Shown here in pieces: positions 42,994 to 52,868 of a stretch of 64,000 bases of DNA (positions are counted from its first letter, which is position 1; every line of letters starts with the position of its first letter). The notes beneath the pieces were generated by a model, which was given only the letters and a program-made list of their open reading frames with translations, was not told the DNA's origin and ran no database searches. The position numbers and the translations under genes were made by a program. The stretch comes from Casimicrobiaceae bacterium (GTDB lineage: Bacteria; Pseudomonadota; Gammaproteobacteria; Burkholderiales; Casimicrobiaceae): contig DATMNH010000060.1 in NCBI GenBank assembly GCA_035568975.1, positions 12,176 to 76,175 on the forward strand. The letters are read 5' to 3'.

Positions 42994-44037
42994 ATGGACA
43001 TTGCCGAACTGCTCGCTTTCGCGGTCAAGAACAAGGCCTCCGACCTCCACCTGTCGTCGGGCCTGCCGCCGATGATCCGGGTGCATGGCGACATCCGGCG
43101 CATCAACCTGCCGCCGATGGAGCACGAGGACGTGCACGCCATGGTGTACGACATCATGAGCGACGCGCAGCGCAAGACCTACGAAGAGATGCTCGAATGC
43201 GACTTCTCGTTCGGCATTCCGAATCTCGCACGCTTCCGCGTCAACGCCTTCAACCAGCAACGCGGCGCCGCGGTCGCTTTCCGTACCATTCCGTCAAAGG
43301 TGCTGTCGCTGGAAGAGCTGGCCGCACCCAAGGTGTTCGCCGAGATGACCGACCGGCCGCGGGGACTGATACTGGTTACCGGGCCGACCGGTTCGGGCAA
43401 ATCGACCACGCTGGCGGCGATGGTCAATCACGTCAACGAAAACGAGTACGGCCACATCCTGGCGATCGAAGACCCGATCGAATTTCTGCACGAGTCGAAA
43501 AAGTGCCTGATCAATCAGCGCGAGGTGGGTCCGCACACGATGTCGTTCGCCAATGCGCTGCGCGCGGCGCTGCGCGAGGACCCCGACTACATTCTGGTGG
43601 GCGAAATGCGCGACCTGGAAACCATCCGGCTGGCGCTAACCGCCGCCGAGACCGGCCACCTGGTATTCGCGACGCTGCACACCAGCTCCGCGGCCAAGAC
43701 CATAGACCGCATCATCGACGTCTTCCCCGCGGCGGAAAAGGACATGGTTCGGGCGATGCTGTCGGAGTCGCTGGTTTCGGTGATCTCGCAGACCCTGCTC
43801 AAGACCAAGGACCAGCAGGGACGAATCGCCGCGCACGAGATCATGGTCGCCACTCCGGCAATCCGCAATCTGATCCGCGAGAACAAGGTCGCGCAAATGT
43901 ATTCGTCGATCCAGACCAGTCAGGCGGCCGGGATGCAGACGCTCGATCAGTGTCTGACCGAAATGGTTCGCCGCAACCAGATTGCCCTTTCCGAGGCGCG
44001 CACTCGGGCGGTAAACAAGGATCTGTTCGGGGGCTGA
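42994..44037 (+). CDS. pilT: type IV pilus retraction ATPase PilT
   Basis: ASDLHLSSGLPPMIRVHG, Walker A GPTGSGKSTTLAAM, ILVGEMRDLETI, GHLVFATLHTSSA, AAHEIM. Confidence 0.95.
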   Translation: MDIAELLAFAVKNKASDLHLSSGLPPMIRVHGDIRRINLPPMEHEDVHAMVYDIMSDAQRKTYEEMLECDFSFGIPNLARFRVNAFNQQRGAAVAFRTIPSKVLSLEELAAPKVFAEMTDRPRGLILVTGPTGSGKSTTLAAMVNHVNENEYGHILAIEDPIEFLHESKKCLINQREVGPHTMSFANALRAALREDPDYILVGEMRDLETIRLALTAAETGHLVFATLHTSSAAKTIDRIIDVFPAAEKDMVRAMLSESLVSVISQTLLKTKDQQGRIAAHEIMVATPAIRNLIRENKVAQMYSSIQTSQAAGMQTLDQCLTEMVRRNQIALSEARTRAVNKDLFGG

Positions 44038-44062
44038 GCTCTCGAACACTGGAGATCACGTC

Positions 44063-45235
44063 ATGGAACGCGAAACCGCCACCAAATTCATCCACGAGCT
44101 GCTCGATCTCCTGGTCAAGCAAAAAGGCTCGGACCTCTTCATCACCGGCGGCTTTCCTCCGGCGGTGAAGATCGACGGCAAGATCGCGCCGGTGTCGAAG
44201 TCGGTCCTGACGCCGCAGCATACGATCGAGATCGTGCGCAGCGTCATGAACGACAAGCAGGCTGCGGAGTTCGAGTCGACCAAGGAGTGCAACTTCGCGA
44301 TCAGCCCGCCGGGCATCGGGCGCTTCCGCTGCAACGCGTTCGTGCAGATGGGACGCGTGGGCATGGTGATGCGGACCATCAACACCACGATTCCCACCTT
44401 CGATGAGCTGAGTCTCCCGCCGGTGCTCAAGGACGTCTGCATGAGCAAGCGCGGGATCATGATGTTCGTCGGCGCGACCGGCGCCGGCAAGTCGACGTCG
44501 ATGGCAGCGCTGCTCGGGTACCGCAACGAAAACAGCTATGGGCACATCATCACCATCGAGGACCCGATCGAGTTCGTGCACGAGCACAAGAACTGCATCA
44601 TTACCCAGCGCGAAGTCGGGGTCGACACCGAGGGCTGGTCGATCGCGCTCAAGAACTCGCTGCGGCAGGCGCCCGACGTCATTTTGATCGGCGAAGTTCG
44701 CGATCGCGAGACAATGGACTATGCCATCGCGTTCGCGGAAACCGGCCACCTATGCCTCGCGACGCTGCACGCGAACAGCACCAACCAGGCGCTCGACCGG
44801 ATCATCAACTTCTTCCCGGAAGAGCGCCGCGCGCAATTGCTGATGGACTTGTCGCTCAATATTCGCGCCTTTGTCGCGCAACGGCTCATCGCGCGCCGCG
44901 ACGGCCGCGGGCGCGTCCCGGCGGTCGAGGTGATGCTGAACTCGCCGCTGATCTCCGACCTGGTGTTCAAGGGCGACGTCTCGGGCATCAAGGAGATCAT
45001 GAAAAAGTCGCGCGAGCTCGGCATGCAAACCTTCGACCAGGCGCTTTTTGACCTGTATGAATCGGGGCTCATCAGCTACGAGGACGCGCTGCGCAATGCC
45101 GATTCGCTCAACGACCTGCGCCTGGAGATCAAGCTGCACGGCAAGGACGCCAAGAGCCGCAACGTCATGGCCGGGATAGGCAACATGGACCTGGTCCCGG
45201 ACTCCAGCAATCCCATGGCCGCGAACCGCTTTTAA
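44063..45235 (+). CDS. pilU: type IV pilus ATPase PilU
   Basis: GSDLFITGGFPPAVKIDG, GATGAGKSTSMAAL, ILIGEVRDRETM, GHLCLATLHANS. The extended C-terminus is typical of PilU. Confidence 0.9.
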   Translation: MERETATKFIHELLDLLVKQKGSDLFITGGFPPAVKIDGKIAPVSKSVLTPQHTIEIVRSVMNDKQAAEFESTKECNFAISPPGIGRFRCNAFVQMGRVGMVMRTINTTIPTFDELSLPPVLKDVCMSKRGIMMFVGATGAGKSTSMAALLGYRNENSYGHIITIEDPIEFVHEHKNCIITQREVGVDTEGWSIALKNSLRQAPDVILIGEVRDRETMDYAIAFAETGHLCLATLHANSTNQALDRIINFFPEERRAQLLMDLSLNIRAFVAQRLIARRDGRGRVPAVEVMLNSPLISDLVFKGDVSGIKEIMKKSRELGMQTFDQALFDLYESGLISYEDALRNADSLNDLRLEIKLHGKDAKSRNVMAGIGNMDLVPDSSNPMAANRF

Positions 45236-45350
45236 AACTGCCGGCGCGGGGCGATCCGGTGATCGCCGCGGCGCCGATAGCGCTGCGGTAGGTGCTGGGG
45301 TCGGGTCTGGTATGCTGATGAACCGCGGCGAACACCCGCCAGGCGATCCC

Positions 45351-45776
45351 ATGACCGGCTCCGACCCGAACGCTCCTGTTCCAACCGAAATCAAGCTCCA
45401 TCAGGCCTCGCGCGTGATGGAGCTTTCTTTTGCCGACGGCGCAAGTTTTCGGCTTCCGTACGAATTCCTCAGAGTTTATTCGCCGTCCGCCGAAGTGCGC
45501 GGCCACGGTCCCGGCCAGGAAACGCTGCAGGTCGGGAAGCGCGAGGTCACCATTGCGGAGGTCGAAGCGGTCGGGCACTACGCGATTCGTCCCAAGTTCT
45601 CGGACGGACACGAGACCGGTATCTATTCCTGGGACTATCTCTACGAACTCGGGTCGCGACAACCAGCGATGTGGGACCATTACCTGAAACGTCTCGACGC
45701 CGCCGGCGCGAGCCGCGATGCCGATCCGAACGCAGCCGCCACGGCGCCTGCCCACGCCTGCGGTCATAAGCATTAG
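45351..45776 (+). CDS. DUF971 (gamma-butyrobetaine hydroxylase-like N-terminal domain) protein
   Basis: [30 protein letters not shown]...[28 protein letters not shown]. Start is ATG 45351 or 45312. Confidence 0.75.
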   Translation: MTGSDPNAPVPTEIKLHQASRVMELSFADGASFRLPYEFLRVYSPSAEVRGHGPGQETLQVGKREVTIAEVEAVGHYAIRPKFSDGHETGIYSWDYLYELGSRQPAMWDHYLKRLDAAGASRDADPNAAATAPAHACGHKH

Positions 45777-45780
45777 CACC

Positions 45781-46515
45781 TTGAGCGAGAAGACGGACTT
45801 CGGTTTCGAGCGGGTGTCGCCGGAGGAAAAGACGCGGCGAGTCAAAGGCGTGTTCGAGTCGGTTGCGACCCGATACGACCTGATGAACGACCTCATGTCC
45901 GGTGGCCTGCATCGCGCCTGGAAGCGGTTCGCCGTCGAAGCCAGCGGGATTCGGAGCGGCGCGCGCGTGCTGGACGTCGCGGGCGGGACCGCCGACCTCG
46001 CGAGGCTGTTCGCGGAACGTGCGGGAGAGAGCGGCCGGGTCGTTCTCACCGACATCAACGGCGCGATGCTGGCGCTCGGCCGCGACCGGATGCTCGACGA
46101 AGGCAAGTTGCTGCCCGCCGTGCAATGCGATGCCGAGGCGCTGCCTTTTCCGGCGCACTCCTTCGACTGCGTCAGCATCGCCTTCGGCCTTCGCAATGTT
46201 ACCCGCAAAGACGCCGCGCTCGCCGAAATGCGGCGCGTGCTGAAGCCCGGCGGCGTCGCGCTGATTCTCGAGTTCAGCCGGGTATGGGAACCCTTGCGAC
46301 CTGCCTACGACTGGTACAGCTTCAATGTTCTGCCGCGCCTTGGGCGCCTGGTCGCGGGCGACGAAGCAAGCTATCGATATCTTGCCGAGTCGATTCGCAC
46401 GCACCCGGACCAGGCGACGCTCAAAGCCATGATGGAAACGGCCGGCCTGGAGCGCGTCGAATGGTTCAACCTGGCAGCCGGCGTCGTCGCGCTGCATCGC
46501 GGCTACGCGCTGTGA
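45781..46515 (+). CDS. ubiE: demethylmenaquinone/ubiquinone C-methyltransferase
   Basis: [63 protein letters not shown]. Start is TTG 45781. The alternative ATG 45718 would overlap the DUF971 gene by 59 nt. Confidence 0.9.
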   Translation: MSEKTDFGFERVSPEEKTRRVKGVFESVATRYDLMNDLMSGGLHRAWKRFAVEASGIRSGARVLDVAGGTADLARLFAERAGESGRVVLTDINGAMLALGRDRMLDEGKLLPAVQCDAEALPFPAHSFDCVSIAFGLRNVTRKDAALAEMRRVLKPGGVALILEFSRVWEPLRPAYDWYSFNVLPRLGRLVAGDEASYRYLAESIRTHPDQATLKAMMETAGLERVEWFNLAAGVVALHRGYAL

Positions 46516-46536
46516 ACTCCGCCGGCCATTGACTTC

Positions 46537-47154
46537 ATGCAGGCGATCGACCCTGCGATCGGCCTGGCCAACCGCGTTCTCGAACGCGAAGATTGGGCGC
46601 GCGAGCGATTGTCGGCGCATGCCGGGCGTACCGTGCGCATAGTCTGCGGACCGATTGCCTCCACGCTGGCAATCGCGCCGAGCGGCATGCTCGCCCCAGC
46701 GCAAGCCGCGGCCGATCTGACGCTTTCGCTGACTCTCTCCATTTCGCCGCTGCGCCTCCCGACGCTGCTCGCACATCCCGAACGCTGGACGGAACTGGTC
46801 GCCGCGGACGGCGACGCCGCTCTTGCGACGACGCTTGCCGATCTCGCGCGAACCTTGCCATGGTTTGTCGAGCAGGCCTTCGCGAGCGCGCTTGGCCCAC
46901 TGATCGGCACTCGCGTCGCCGATGCGGGACGCGCCCTGCTGGCGCTGCCTGAACGCGCAGCGCAGAGCTTCGGCGCGAGCCTCTCGAGCTATGCGGGCGA
47001 TGAGTCCGGACTTGGCGTGGGCGCGAGCACGTTGGCTGATTTCGCCGCGGAGGTCGCGGCGGTCGCAGCTCGTGTCGACGCGCTTGCGCTGCGCCTCGAT
47101 CAGGCCGCAGAAGCCGGTGCCGCGAAGGCGACGAAAGCCAAGAAAACGAGCTAG
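46537..47154 (+). CDS. ubiJ: ubiquinone biosynthesis accessory factor UbiJ (SCP2-like)
   Basis: Position between ubiE and ubiB. N-terminus LANRVLEREDWARERLSAHAGRTVRI is typical of YigP/UbiJ. Ala-rich C-terminal helix. Confidence 0.7.
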   Translation: MQAIDPAIGLANRVLEREDWARERLSAHAGRTVRIVCGPIASTLAIAPSGMLAPAQAAADLTLSLTLSISPLRLPTLLAHPERWTELVAADGDAALATTLADLARTLPWFVEQAFASALGPLIGTRVADAGRALLALPERAAQSFGASLSSYAGDESGLGVGASTLADFAAEVAAVAARVDALALRLDQAAEAGAAKATKAKKTS

Positions 47155-47597
47155 GGAATCCTGTGTCCGCCGGCTGTCACGGCCAGGTAGACTTCGCGCA
47201 GGAACATGCTCAGGCAGCCGACCACCGCGAACATCGCCAGAATGAACAGGACTGCGACTTCGCGCGAGATGTCGACGGAGACCAGCGCGCCTACAAAGGC
47301 TCCGGCGACGACCAGGCAGACCAGCAGCGCGCCGACGCCGGCGGATAGCATCGCGAAATAGTTCAGCCTGATCCGGCGCGCCAGCAATCGCAGCTCGCGT
47401 TGGTGCGCGCGGTGTTCATCCGTCTGATTGTTCTCCGCTGTCTCCCGCAGTTCTTTTTCGATGACCCGGCGCCGATCGACATTGCGCCCTATGCGGATGT
47501 TGAGCACGGCGATCAGGGTGCCGATCGCGGTGAGCAGGAACACCGGCGCGACGGCAAGCTGAATGACGCGCGTGATGTCGGTGATATGCGATTCCAT
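47151..47597 (-). CDS. DUF2721 family membrane protein
   Basis: [44 protein letters not shown]...[25 protein letters not shown] is the DUF2721 topology. Its TAG stop shares the tetranucleotide CTAG with the ubiJ stop. Confidence 0.65.
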   Translation of the reverse strand: MESHITDITRVIQLAVAPVFLLTAIGTLIAVLNIRIGRNVDRRRVIEKELRETAENNQTDEHRAHQRELRLLARRIRLNYFAMLSAGVGALLVCLVVAGAFVGALVSVDISREVAVLFILAMFAVVGCLSMFLREVYLAVTAGGHRIP

Positions 47598-47722
47598 GGC
47601 CGTCAGAGGCGGTCGATCGCCCATCCGCAATCTACGCCGGAGCCTTGCTTCCTTCAACGGCTCCTTGCATGTTTACTCGCGCCGCAGAACGCATGCCGCG
47701 GGCCATCCCTTACAATCGCGGC

Positions 47723-49252
47723 ATGCGGTGGCTCCGGCTGGTCAAGATTCTGCGCGTCGCGCTCAAGTACGGGCTCGACGAGTTCCTGCTCGGCCACGAG
47801 CGGTTTCGCTGGCTGCGGCCGACCGCGCGCGCGATCACCTTCTGGCGCGACCTGTCCGCGCCGCGTGCACAACGCCTGCGGCTCGCATTGCAGGAGCTGG
47901 GGCCGATCTTCGTCAAGTTCGGGCAGATGCTTTCGACGCGTCGCGATCTCCTGCCCACCGACATCGCCGACGAGCTCGCCGGCCTGCAGGACCGCGTTCC
48001 GCCGTTTCCCAGCGAGCAGGTGATCGCGACCCTGCAGCGCGTCTACGGCAAGCCCGTCGAAGCCGTGTTTCGTACATTCGATCGGACGCCGGTGGCGAGC
48101 GCCTCGGTCGCTCAGGTGCATCTGGCGACGCTTCCCGACGGGACGCCGGCGGCGGTCAAGGTGCTGCGCCCGAATATCGCCAACACGATCGAAAAAGACC
48201 TGGCGCTGATGCAGGCGGGCGCGCTGATGGTCGAAAAGCTCTGGTCCGACGGCAAACGGCTGAAGCCGCGCGAGGTCGTGGCCGAGTTCGACCGCACCAT
48301 CCACGATGAGCTCGATCTCGCGCGGGAAGCGGCGAACTGCTCGCAGCTCCGCCGCAATTTCCTCCACTCGCCGCTGCTTCTCGTCCCGGAAGTCTTCTGG
48401 GACTGGTGCAACAGCGAAGTGATGGTGATGGAGCATATGGAGGGAACGCCGATCGCCCAGGTGGACAGGCTCGTCGCGCAGGACATCGACGTTCGTCAGC
48501 TCGCGCGCGCCGGCGTCGAGATTTTCTTCACCCAGGTGTTTCGCGACGGCTTCTTCCACGCCGACATGCATCCGGGAAACATCTTCGTCGCGACCGACGC
48601 GACGGACAAGGGCAAATACATCGCGCTCGACTTCGGCATCATGGGAACGCTGTCGGACACGGACAAGAGTTATCTCGCGCAGAACTTTCTCGCGTTCTTC
48701 CGACGCGACTATCACCGTGTTGCGACCGCGCATATCGAATCCGGCTGGGTGCCCGCGGATACGCGCGTCGACGCGCTCGAAAGCGAAATCCGTGCGGTTT
48801 GCGAGCCGATATTCGATCGGCCGCTGAAGGAAATCTCCCTGGGCAAGGTTCTGGTGCAGCTGTTCAAGGCGTCGCGCCGGTTCAACGTCGAGATTCAGCC
48901 GCAGCTGGTGCTGCTGCAAAAGACACTGCTCAATGTTGAGGGCCTGGGCCGGCAACTCGATCCGAACCTCGATCTGTGGGTGACGGCGAAACCCTTTCTC
49001 GAGCGGTGGATGCGCGATCAGATCGGGTGGCGCGCGTTCGAGCGCCGCCTGCGCGATGAAGCTCCGTTTCTCATGACCGCGCTGCCGCTGCTGCCGAGGC
49101 TGTTGCATAACCGCTTGTCGGCGCCGCCGGCCGCGGCCGACATTGCGCTGAAAGAGTTCGCCGCGGTACAGCGCGCACGGAATCGCTGGCTGGCGGTGGT
49201 TGCGGTACTTCTGGCGGGAGTGATTGCGCTGTTGCTGATGCGGCCGCTCTAG
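47723..49252 (+). CDS. ubiB: ubiquinone biosynthesis protein kinase-like UbiB
   Basis: [60 protein letters not shown]-terminal TM helix. Confidence 0.9.
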   Translation: MRWLRLVKILRVALKYGLDEFLLGHERFRWLRPTARAITFWRDLSAPRAQRLRLALQELGPIFVKFGQMLSTRRDLLPTDIADELAGLQDRVPPFPSEQVIATLQRVYGKPVEAVFRTFDRTPVASASVAQVHLATLPDGTPAAVKVLRPNIANTIEKDLALMQAGALMVEKLWSDGKRLKPREVVAEFDRTIHDELDLAREAANCSQLRRNFLHSPLLLVPEVFWDWCNSEVMVMEHMEGTPIAQVDRLVAQDIDVRQLARAGVEIFFTQVFRDGFFHADMHPGNIFVATDATDKGKYIALDFGIMGTLSDTDKSYLAQNFLAFFRRDYHRVATAHIESGWVPADTRVDALESEIRAVCEPIFDRPLKEISLGKVLVQLFKASRRFNVEIQPQLVLLQKTLLNVEGLGRQLDPNLDLWVTAKPFLERWMRDQIGWRAFERRLRDEAPFLMTALPLLPRLLHNRLSAPPAAADIALKEFAAVQRARNRWLAVVAVLLAGVIALLLMRPL

Positions 49253-49305
49253 TCGATCGGCGCTACCGAGGATTACGGAATTGGGTGACAGATTCCACAA
49301 GACTC

Positions 49306-49395
49306 GTCGTCCCCGCGAAAGCGGGGACCCATTTTGACTTTGCGTACCGGGCAAAATGGATTCCCGCTCAGTTACCAAAATGAGCGGGAATGACG
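49306..49395. repeat. REP/MITE-like element, copy D
   Basis: TCGTCCCCGCGAAAGCGGGGACCCA (49306-49330), a spacer, then TGGATTCCCGCTCAGTTACCAAAATGAGCGGGAATGACGA (49356-49395, enlarged loop). Confidence 0.85.
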
Positions 49396-49469
49396 ATATT
49401 TGGGATCCGGGCGTCACGCATTTTCGTAATGCTCAATAGTTGGGCGTGCGAGGAAGTTTCGAGCCTTCG

Positions 49470-49934
49470 TTATTTTCCTCCCCGCCCCGTCACCACCTCG
49501 TTCCACACCAGGACGACACCGGCCTGCCGTTTTACCGCCCGTGCCAGTGCGTTTTTCTGCGCCGGACTGCGAACGCAGCCCTGCAGGCTGACAAATCCGC
49601 GCGTCGTCGTCACCCATACGGCCGTGTCGCGAAACCGCTGGTCAGCCCTGATCGCCTCGACCACCCGAGCGTTGATTTCCGCATCGTGCTGGTACGGACC
49701 GCCGCACTCGCAAGTGCCGGCGAGACAACACGACGTTCCGCGCTCGGCGCGCGAGTGCGCCTGCGCGCGCATCTGCTGCTCGTCGAGAAGAGGCGGCTGC
49801 GCCGAAGGGCATCCCTCGTAGCCGGAGGTGGCCTGCGCGAACGGATCGAGGAGATACGCTTGGGGCGTCTCTCCATCGACGTGCATCGAAAGACAAAGCA
49901 TCGCGATGGCGAGTGCGGCACCGGTTTTCATCAA
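49470..49934 (-). CDS. BON domain protein with Cys-rich N-terminal half
   Basis: Signal peptide MMKTGAALAIAMLCLS. CCLAGTCECGG cluster. BON-like INARVVEAIRADQRFRDTAVWVTTTRGFVSLQGCVRSPAQKNALARAVKRQAGVVLVWNEV. Confidence 0.65.
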   Translation of the reverse strand: MMKTGAALAIAMLCLSMHVDGETPQAYLLDPFAQATSGYEGCPSAQPPLLDEQQMRAQAHSRAERGTSCCLAGTCECGGPYQHDAEINARVVEAIRADQRFRDTAVWVTTTRGFVSLQGCVRSPAQKNALARAVKRQAGVVLVWNEVVTGRGGK

Positions 49935-49979
49935 TACACTCGAGTGTTCGCTGCGGCCTACGGGCGTCGCTCATTTTGC

Positions 49980-49985
49980 TACAAT
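49980..49985 (+). promoter_or_regulatory. candidate -10 box TACAAT (context CTACAATCCGCCG) upstream of potA
   Basis: Read directly. It lies 35 nt upstream of ATG 50021. No convincing -35 was seen. Confidence 0.3.
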
Positions 49986-50020
49986 CCGCCGATCGTCAGT
50001 GAGGGCCGGCTCCGTCCGCG

Positions 50021-51166
50021 ATGGCGCTGCTCGAGATCCAGAACGTCAGCCGCCGTTTCGGCGACTTCACCGCGGTCGATCAGGTCAGCATCGCCATCGA
50101 GGCGGGGGAATTCTTCACCCTGCTCGGCCCCTCAGGGTGTGGAAAGACGACGCTGCTGCGCATGATCGCCGGTTTCGATCTCCCCGACGGCGGTCGCATA
50201 CTGCTCAACGGCGAGGACTTGGCCGACCGTCCGCCCGAGCAGCGGCCGGTGCGTACCGTCTTCCAGAGCTACGCCTTGTTCCCGCACATGACCGTCGAAG
50301 GCAACGTCGCGTTTCCGCTGCAAATGGCCAGGACACCCTCGGCCGAGGTCCCCGCCAAGGTGCAGGCTGCGCTCGAGGACGTGCGTCTGGTTGGTTTCGA
50401 GCAACGCTATCCGCACGAGCTTTCCGGCGGCCAGAAGCAACGCGTCGCTCTCGGCCGCGCACTGGTCACGCATCCGACGGTCCTGCTCCTCGACGAGCCG
50501 CTCGCCGCGCTCGACGCCAAGCTGCGCGAGGAAGTGCAGATCGAGCTCATCAATCTGCAGAAAGAAGTCGGCATCACGTTCGTCTACGTGACCCACGATC
50601 AGACCGAGGCATTGGCGCTGTCGCACCGCATTGCGGTCATGAACAAGGGGCGCGTCGAGCAGGTCGACCAGCCATCGAAGATTTACAGCTTTCCGACGTC
50701 GCGCTTTGTCGCGGACTTCGTCGGCACCTGCAATCTGCTGGAAGGCCCGGTCACCGCGAGCGGCAACGGCGTCGTGTCGATCGAGGTAACCGGCCTCGGC
50801 CCGGTTCGCGTCGCGACCGGCGTGGCAGTGGCGGCGGGCAAGAGCGGCGCGATCGCGCTGCGGCCGGAGAAGATTCGCATCGCTGCCTCAACGCGCAATG
50901 CGGCGCCCGATGCGGCGCCGAATGCCGAGCCCGATTGCAAACCCGATGGCAGATCCGATACCGGACCCGACAATCATTTCCGCGGCACCGTGACCGAATA
51001 CCTGTACCTCGGCGACGTCACGGTGTACATCGTCAGCACGCCGCAAGGTTGCAAGCTCGAGACACTGCTCGCGAATTCGGGCGCGGGCCGCACCAACTTC
51101 TTCGAAACAGGCGACGCTGTCGAGGTCAGGTGGAGCGTCGACGCCGGGCACTTCATCCCCTCATAG
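50021..51166 (+). CDS. potA: polyamine ABC transporter ATP-binding protein
   Basis: LLGPSGCGKTTLL, LSGGQKQRVALGRAL, LLLDEPLAALD, YVTHDQ. The C-terminal regulatory domain carries a (xxPD)6 insertion. Confidence 0.9.
   Translation: MALLEIQNVSRRFGDFTAVDQVSIAIEAGEFFTLLGPSGCGKTTLLRMIAGFDLPDGGRILLNGEDLADRPPEQRPVRTVFQSYALFPHMTVEGNVAFPLQMARTPSAEVPAKVQAALEDVRLVGFEQRYPHELSGGQKQRVALGRALVTHPTVLLLDEPLAALDAKLREEVQIELINLQKEVGITFVYVTHDQTEALALSHRIAVMNKGRVEQVDQPSKIYSFPTSRFVADFVGTCNLLEGPVTASGNGVVSIEVTGLGPVRVATGVAVAAGKSGAIALRPEKIRIAASTRNAAPDAAPNAEPDCKPDGRSDTGPDNHFRGTVTEYLYLGDVTVYIVSTPQGCKLETLLANSGAGRTNFFETGDAVEVRWSVDAGHFIPS
50900..50971 (+). repeat. six tandem 12-nt units (NNNNNNCCSGAY) inside potA, encoding AAPD-AAPN-AEPD-CKPD-GRSD-TGPD
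   Basis: GCGGCGCCCGAT GCGGCGCCGAAT GCCGAGCCCGAT TGCAAACCCGAT GGCAGATCCGAT ACCGGACCCGAC, read directly and in frame. Confidence 0.8.
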
Positions 51167-51170
51167 CGCC

Positions 51171-52082
51171 ATGAGCTCGCGCCCGAGCGAACGTTTCGGC
51201 AAGTGGCTGGTCAGCGCGCCGCCGCTTGTCTACCTGTTGTTCTTTTTCGCGATTCCGACGCTCATCATGGTGCTGGCGTCGTTTCGCACGCCGGGCGAGT
51301 TTGGCGGCTTGAGCCCCCTCATCGAGGACGGAAAGCTCGACCTCAATCTCGACAGCTATATCAGGTTCTTCACCGAGTCGGTGTACGCACAGATATTCAT
51401 CAAGTCGGTCTGGTACGCGCTGCTGACTACCCTCTTCTGCCTGTTGCTCGCGTACCCGCTGGCGGCGCTGATCGCCAGAAGCCCGAAAAAGTATCGCGAT
51501 CTTCTCTTGCTGCTGGTAATCCTGCCTTTCTGGAGCAACTTCCTGATCCGCATCTATGCCTGGATGATCATCCTAGGTCCGAACGCGGCGATGGCGCGAG
51601 CCGTCAACAGCGTGCTTGCCCGGTTCGGACACGAGCCGGTGCCGCTGCTCTTCAGTTCCTTCGCGGTGCTGGTCTGCCTGGTATACGTGCATCTGCCGTT
51701 CATGGTGCTGCCGCTGTACGCCAACCTGGAAAAGCACGATCAGGCGTTGCTGGACGCGGCCCAGGATCTGGGGGCGAACAAATGGCAGCGCTTCTGGCGC
51801 ATCACCTTTCCGCTGTCGCTGCCGGGCGTCTATGCCGGCGCGGCGCTGGTGTTCATTCCGGCGCTCGGCATCTTCGCCATTCCCGACCTCCTGGGCGGCC
51901 CCGAGGACAGCCTGATCGGCAACGTCATCAAGCAACAGTTTCTCGAGACGCGCGACTGGCCCTTCGGCAGCGTGCTCTCGATCGTGCTGACCGTCGCAGC
52001 GCTCCTGCTCGCGGGCCTGGCGGCGTGGGCTGGCCGTTCGCAGCTCGGCACGCGCTCGAGCGGAGTTCCCAGCCGTGCGTAG
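51171..52082 (+). CDS. potB: polyamine ABC transporter permease
   Basis: Six-TM binding-protein-dependent permease with the EAA-like loop LLDAAQDLGANKWQRFWRITFPLSLPG. Confidence 0.85.
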   Translation: MSSRPSERFGKWLVSAPPLVYLLFFFAIPTLIMVLASFRTPGEFGGLSPLIEDGKLDLNLDSYIRFFTESVYAQIFIKSVWYALLTTLFCLLLAYPLAALIARSPKKYRDLLLLLVILPFWSNFLIRIYAWMIILGPNAAMARAVNSVLARFGHEPVPLLFSSFAVLVCLVYVHLPFMVLPLYANLEKHDQALLDAAQDLGANKWQRFWRITFPLSLPGVYAGAALVFIPALGIFAIPDLLGGPEDSLIGNVIKQQFLETRDWPFGSVLSIVLTVAALLLAGLAAWAGRSQLGTRSSGVPSRA

Positions 52083-52848
52083 ACGTCCCGTCGCCTTGTG
52101 GGCGGCTGCGGCCGCGGGCTACGCCTTCCTCTATGTGCCGCTCATCATCGTCGTCGTCTATTCGTTCAACAATTCGCGCCTCAATGCCGAGTGGGTCGGG
52201 TTCACGCTCGATTGGTACGACAAGCTTTTTCACAACCAGGAGATGCTCGCCGCCGCCGGCAATTCGCTCATCATCGCGCTGGTGACGAGCCTCGTGTCGA
52301 CCGTGCTGGGGACGATGGCCGGCGTGGCGATGTATCGCCACAAAATGCGGCTGCTGTCGGTCCTGGTCCTGGCGCCGATCGCGATTCCCGAGATCCTGAT
52401 GGGAGTCTCGCTGCTCATTTTTTTCGTCCTCCTGAACTTCACCCTCGGGCTCGCTTCGGTAGCGCTGGCGCACATCGCGTTTTGCATCGGCTTTGTGGCC
52501 ATCGTCGTTCGCGCGCGGCTGGCCGGCATGGATGAAAGCCTGACCGAAGCGGCACGCGACTGCGGTGCGACGCCGTGGGAGGCCTTTCGCCACGTCACGC
52601 TGCCGCTGATCATGCCTGGCGTCATCGCCGGGGCGCTGATGGCGTTCACGCTGTCGATCGACGATTTCGTGATCACTTTCTTCACCGCCGGCGCGGGGAC
52701 CGTCACGCTGCCGCTGCAGATTTATTCGATGATAAAAATCGCGGTCACGCCCGAGGTCAATGCCGTGTCGACCTTGCTGATGTTGCTGACACTGGCACTG
52801 ATCGTCGTTGCATCCAGGTTTACGCCCAGCCTCCTTCGTTCCGACTGA
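52075..52848 (+). CDS. potC: polyamine ABC transporter permease
   Basis: The GTG start overlaps the potB end. LTEAARDCGATPWEAFRHVTLPLIMPG loop. Confidence 0.85.
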   Translation: MRRRPVALWAAAAAGYAFLYVPLIIVVVYSFNNSRLNAEWVGFTLDWYDKLFHNQEMLAAAGNSLIIALVTSLVSTVLGTMAGVAMYRHKMRLLSVLVLAPIAIPEILMGVSLLIFFVLLNFTLGLASVALAHIAFCIGFVAIVVRARLAGMDESLTEAARDCGATPWEAFRHVTLPLIMPGVIAGALMAFTLSIDDFVITFFTAGAGTVTLPLQIYSMIKIAVTPEVNAVSTLLMLLTLALIVVASRFTPSLLRSD

Positions 52849-52868
52849 CTTCCGCCACCGAGGAAAAC

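Noticed and set aside
42994-45235. pilT-pilU next to yggS-proC-yggT-yggU as something unusual.
   Set aside because: This is a widely conserved proteobacterial arrangement, so it is ordinary.
45242-45276. A GC-rich imperfect inverted repeat after pilU as a rho-independent terminator.
   Set aside because: The stem is imperfect (GGCGCGGGGCGATC / GATCGCCGCGGCGCC) and no T-tract follows. That is not enough support to annotate.
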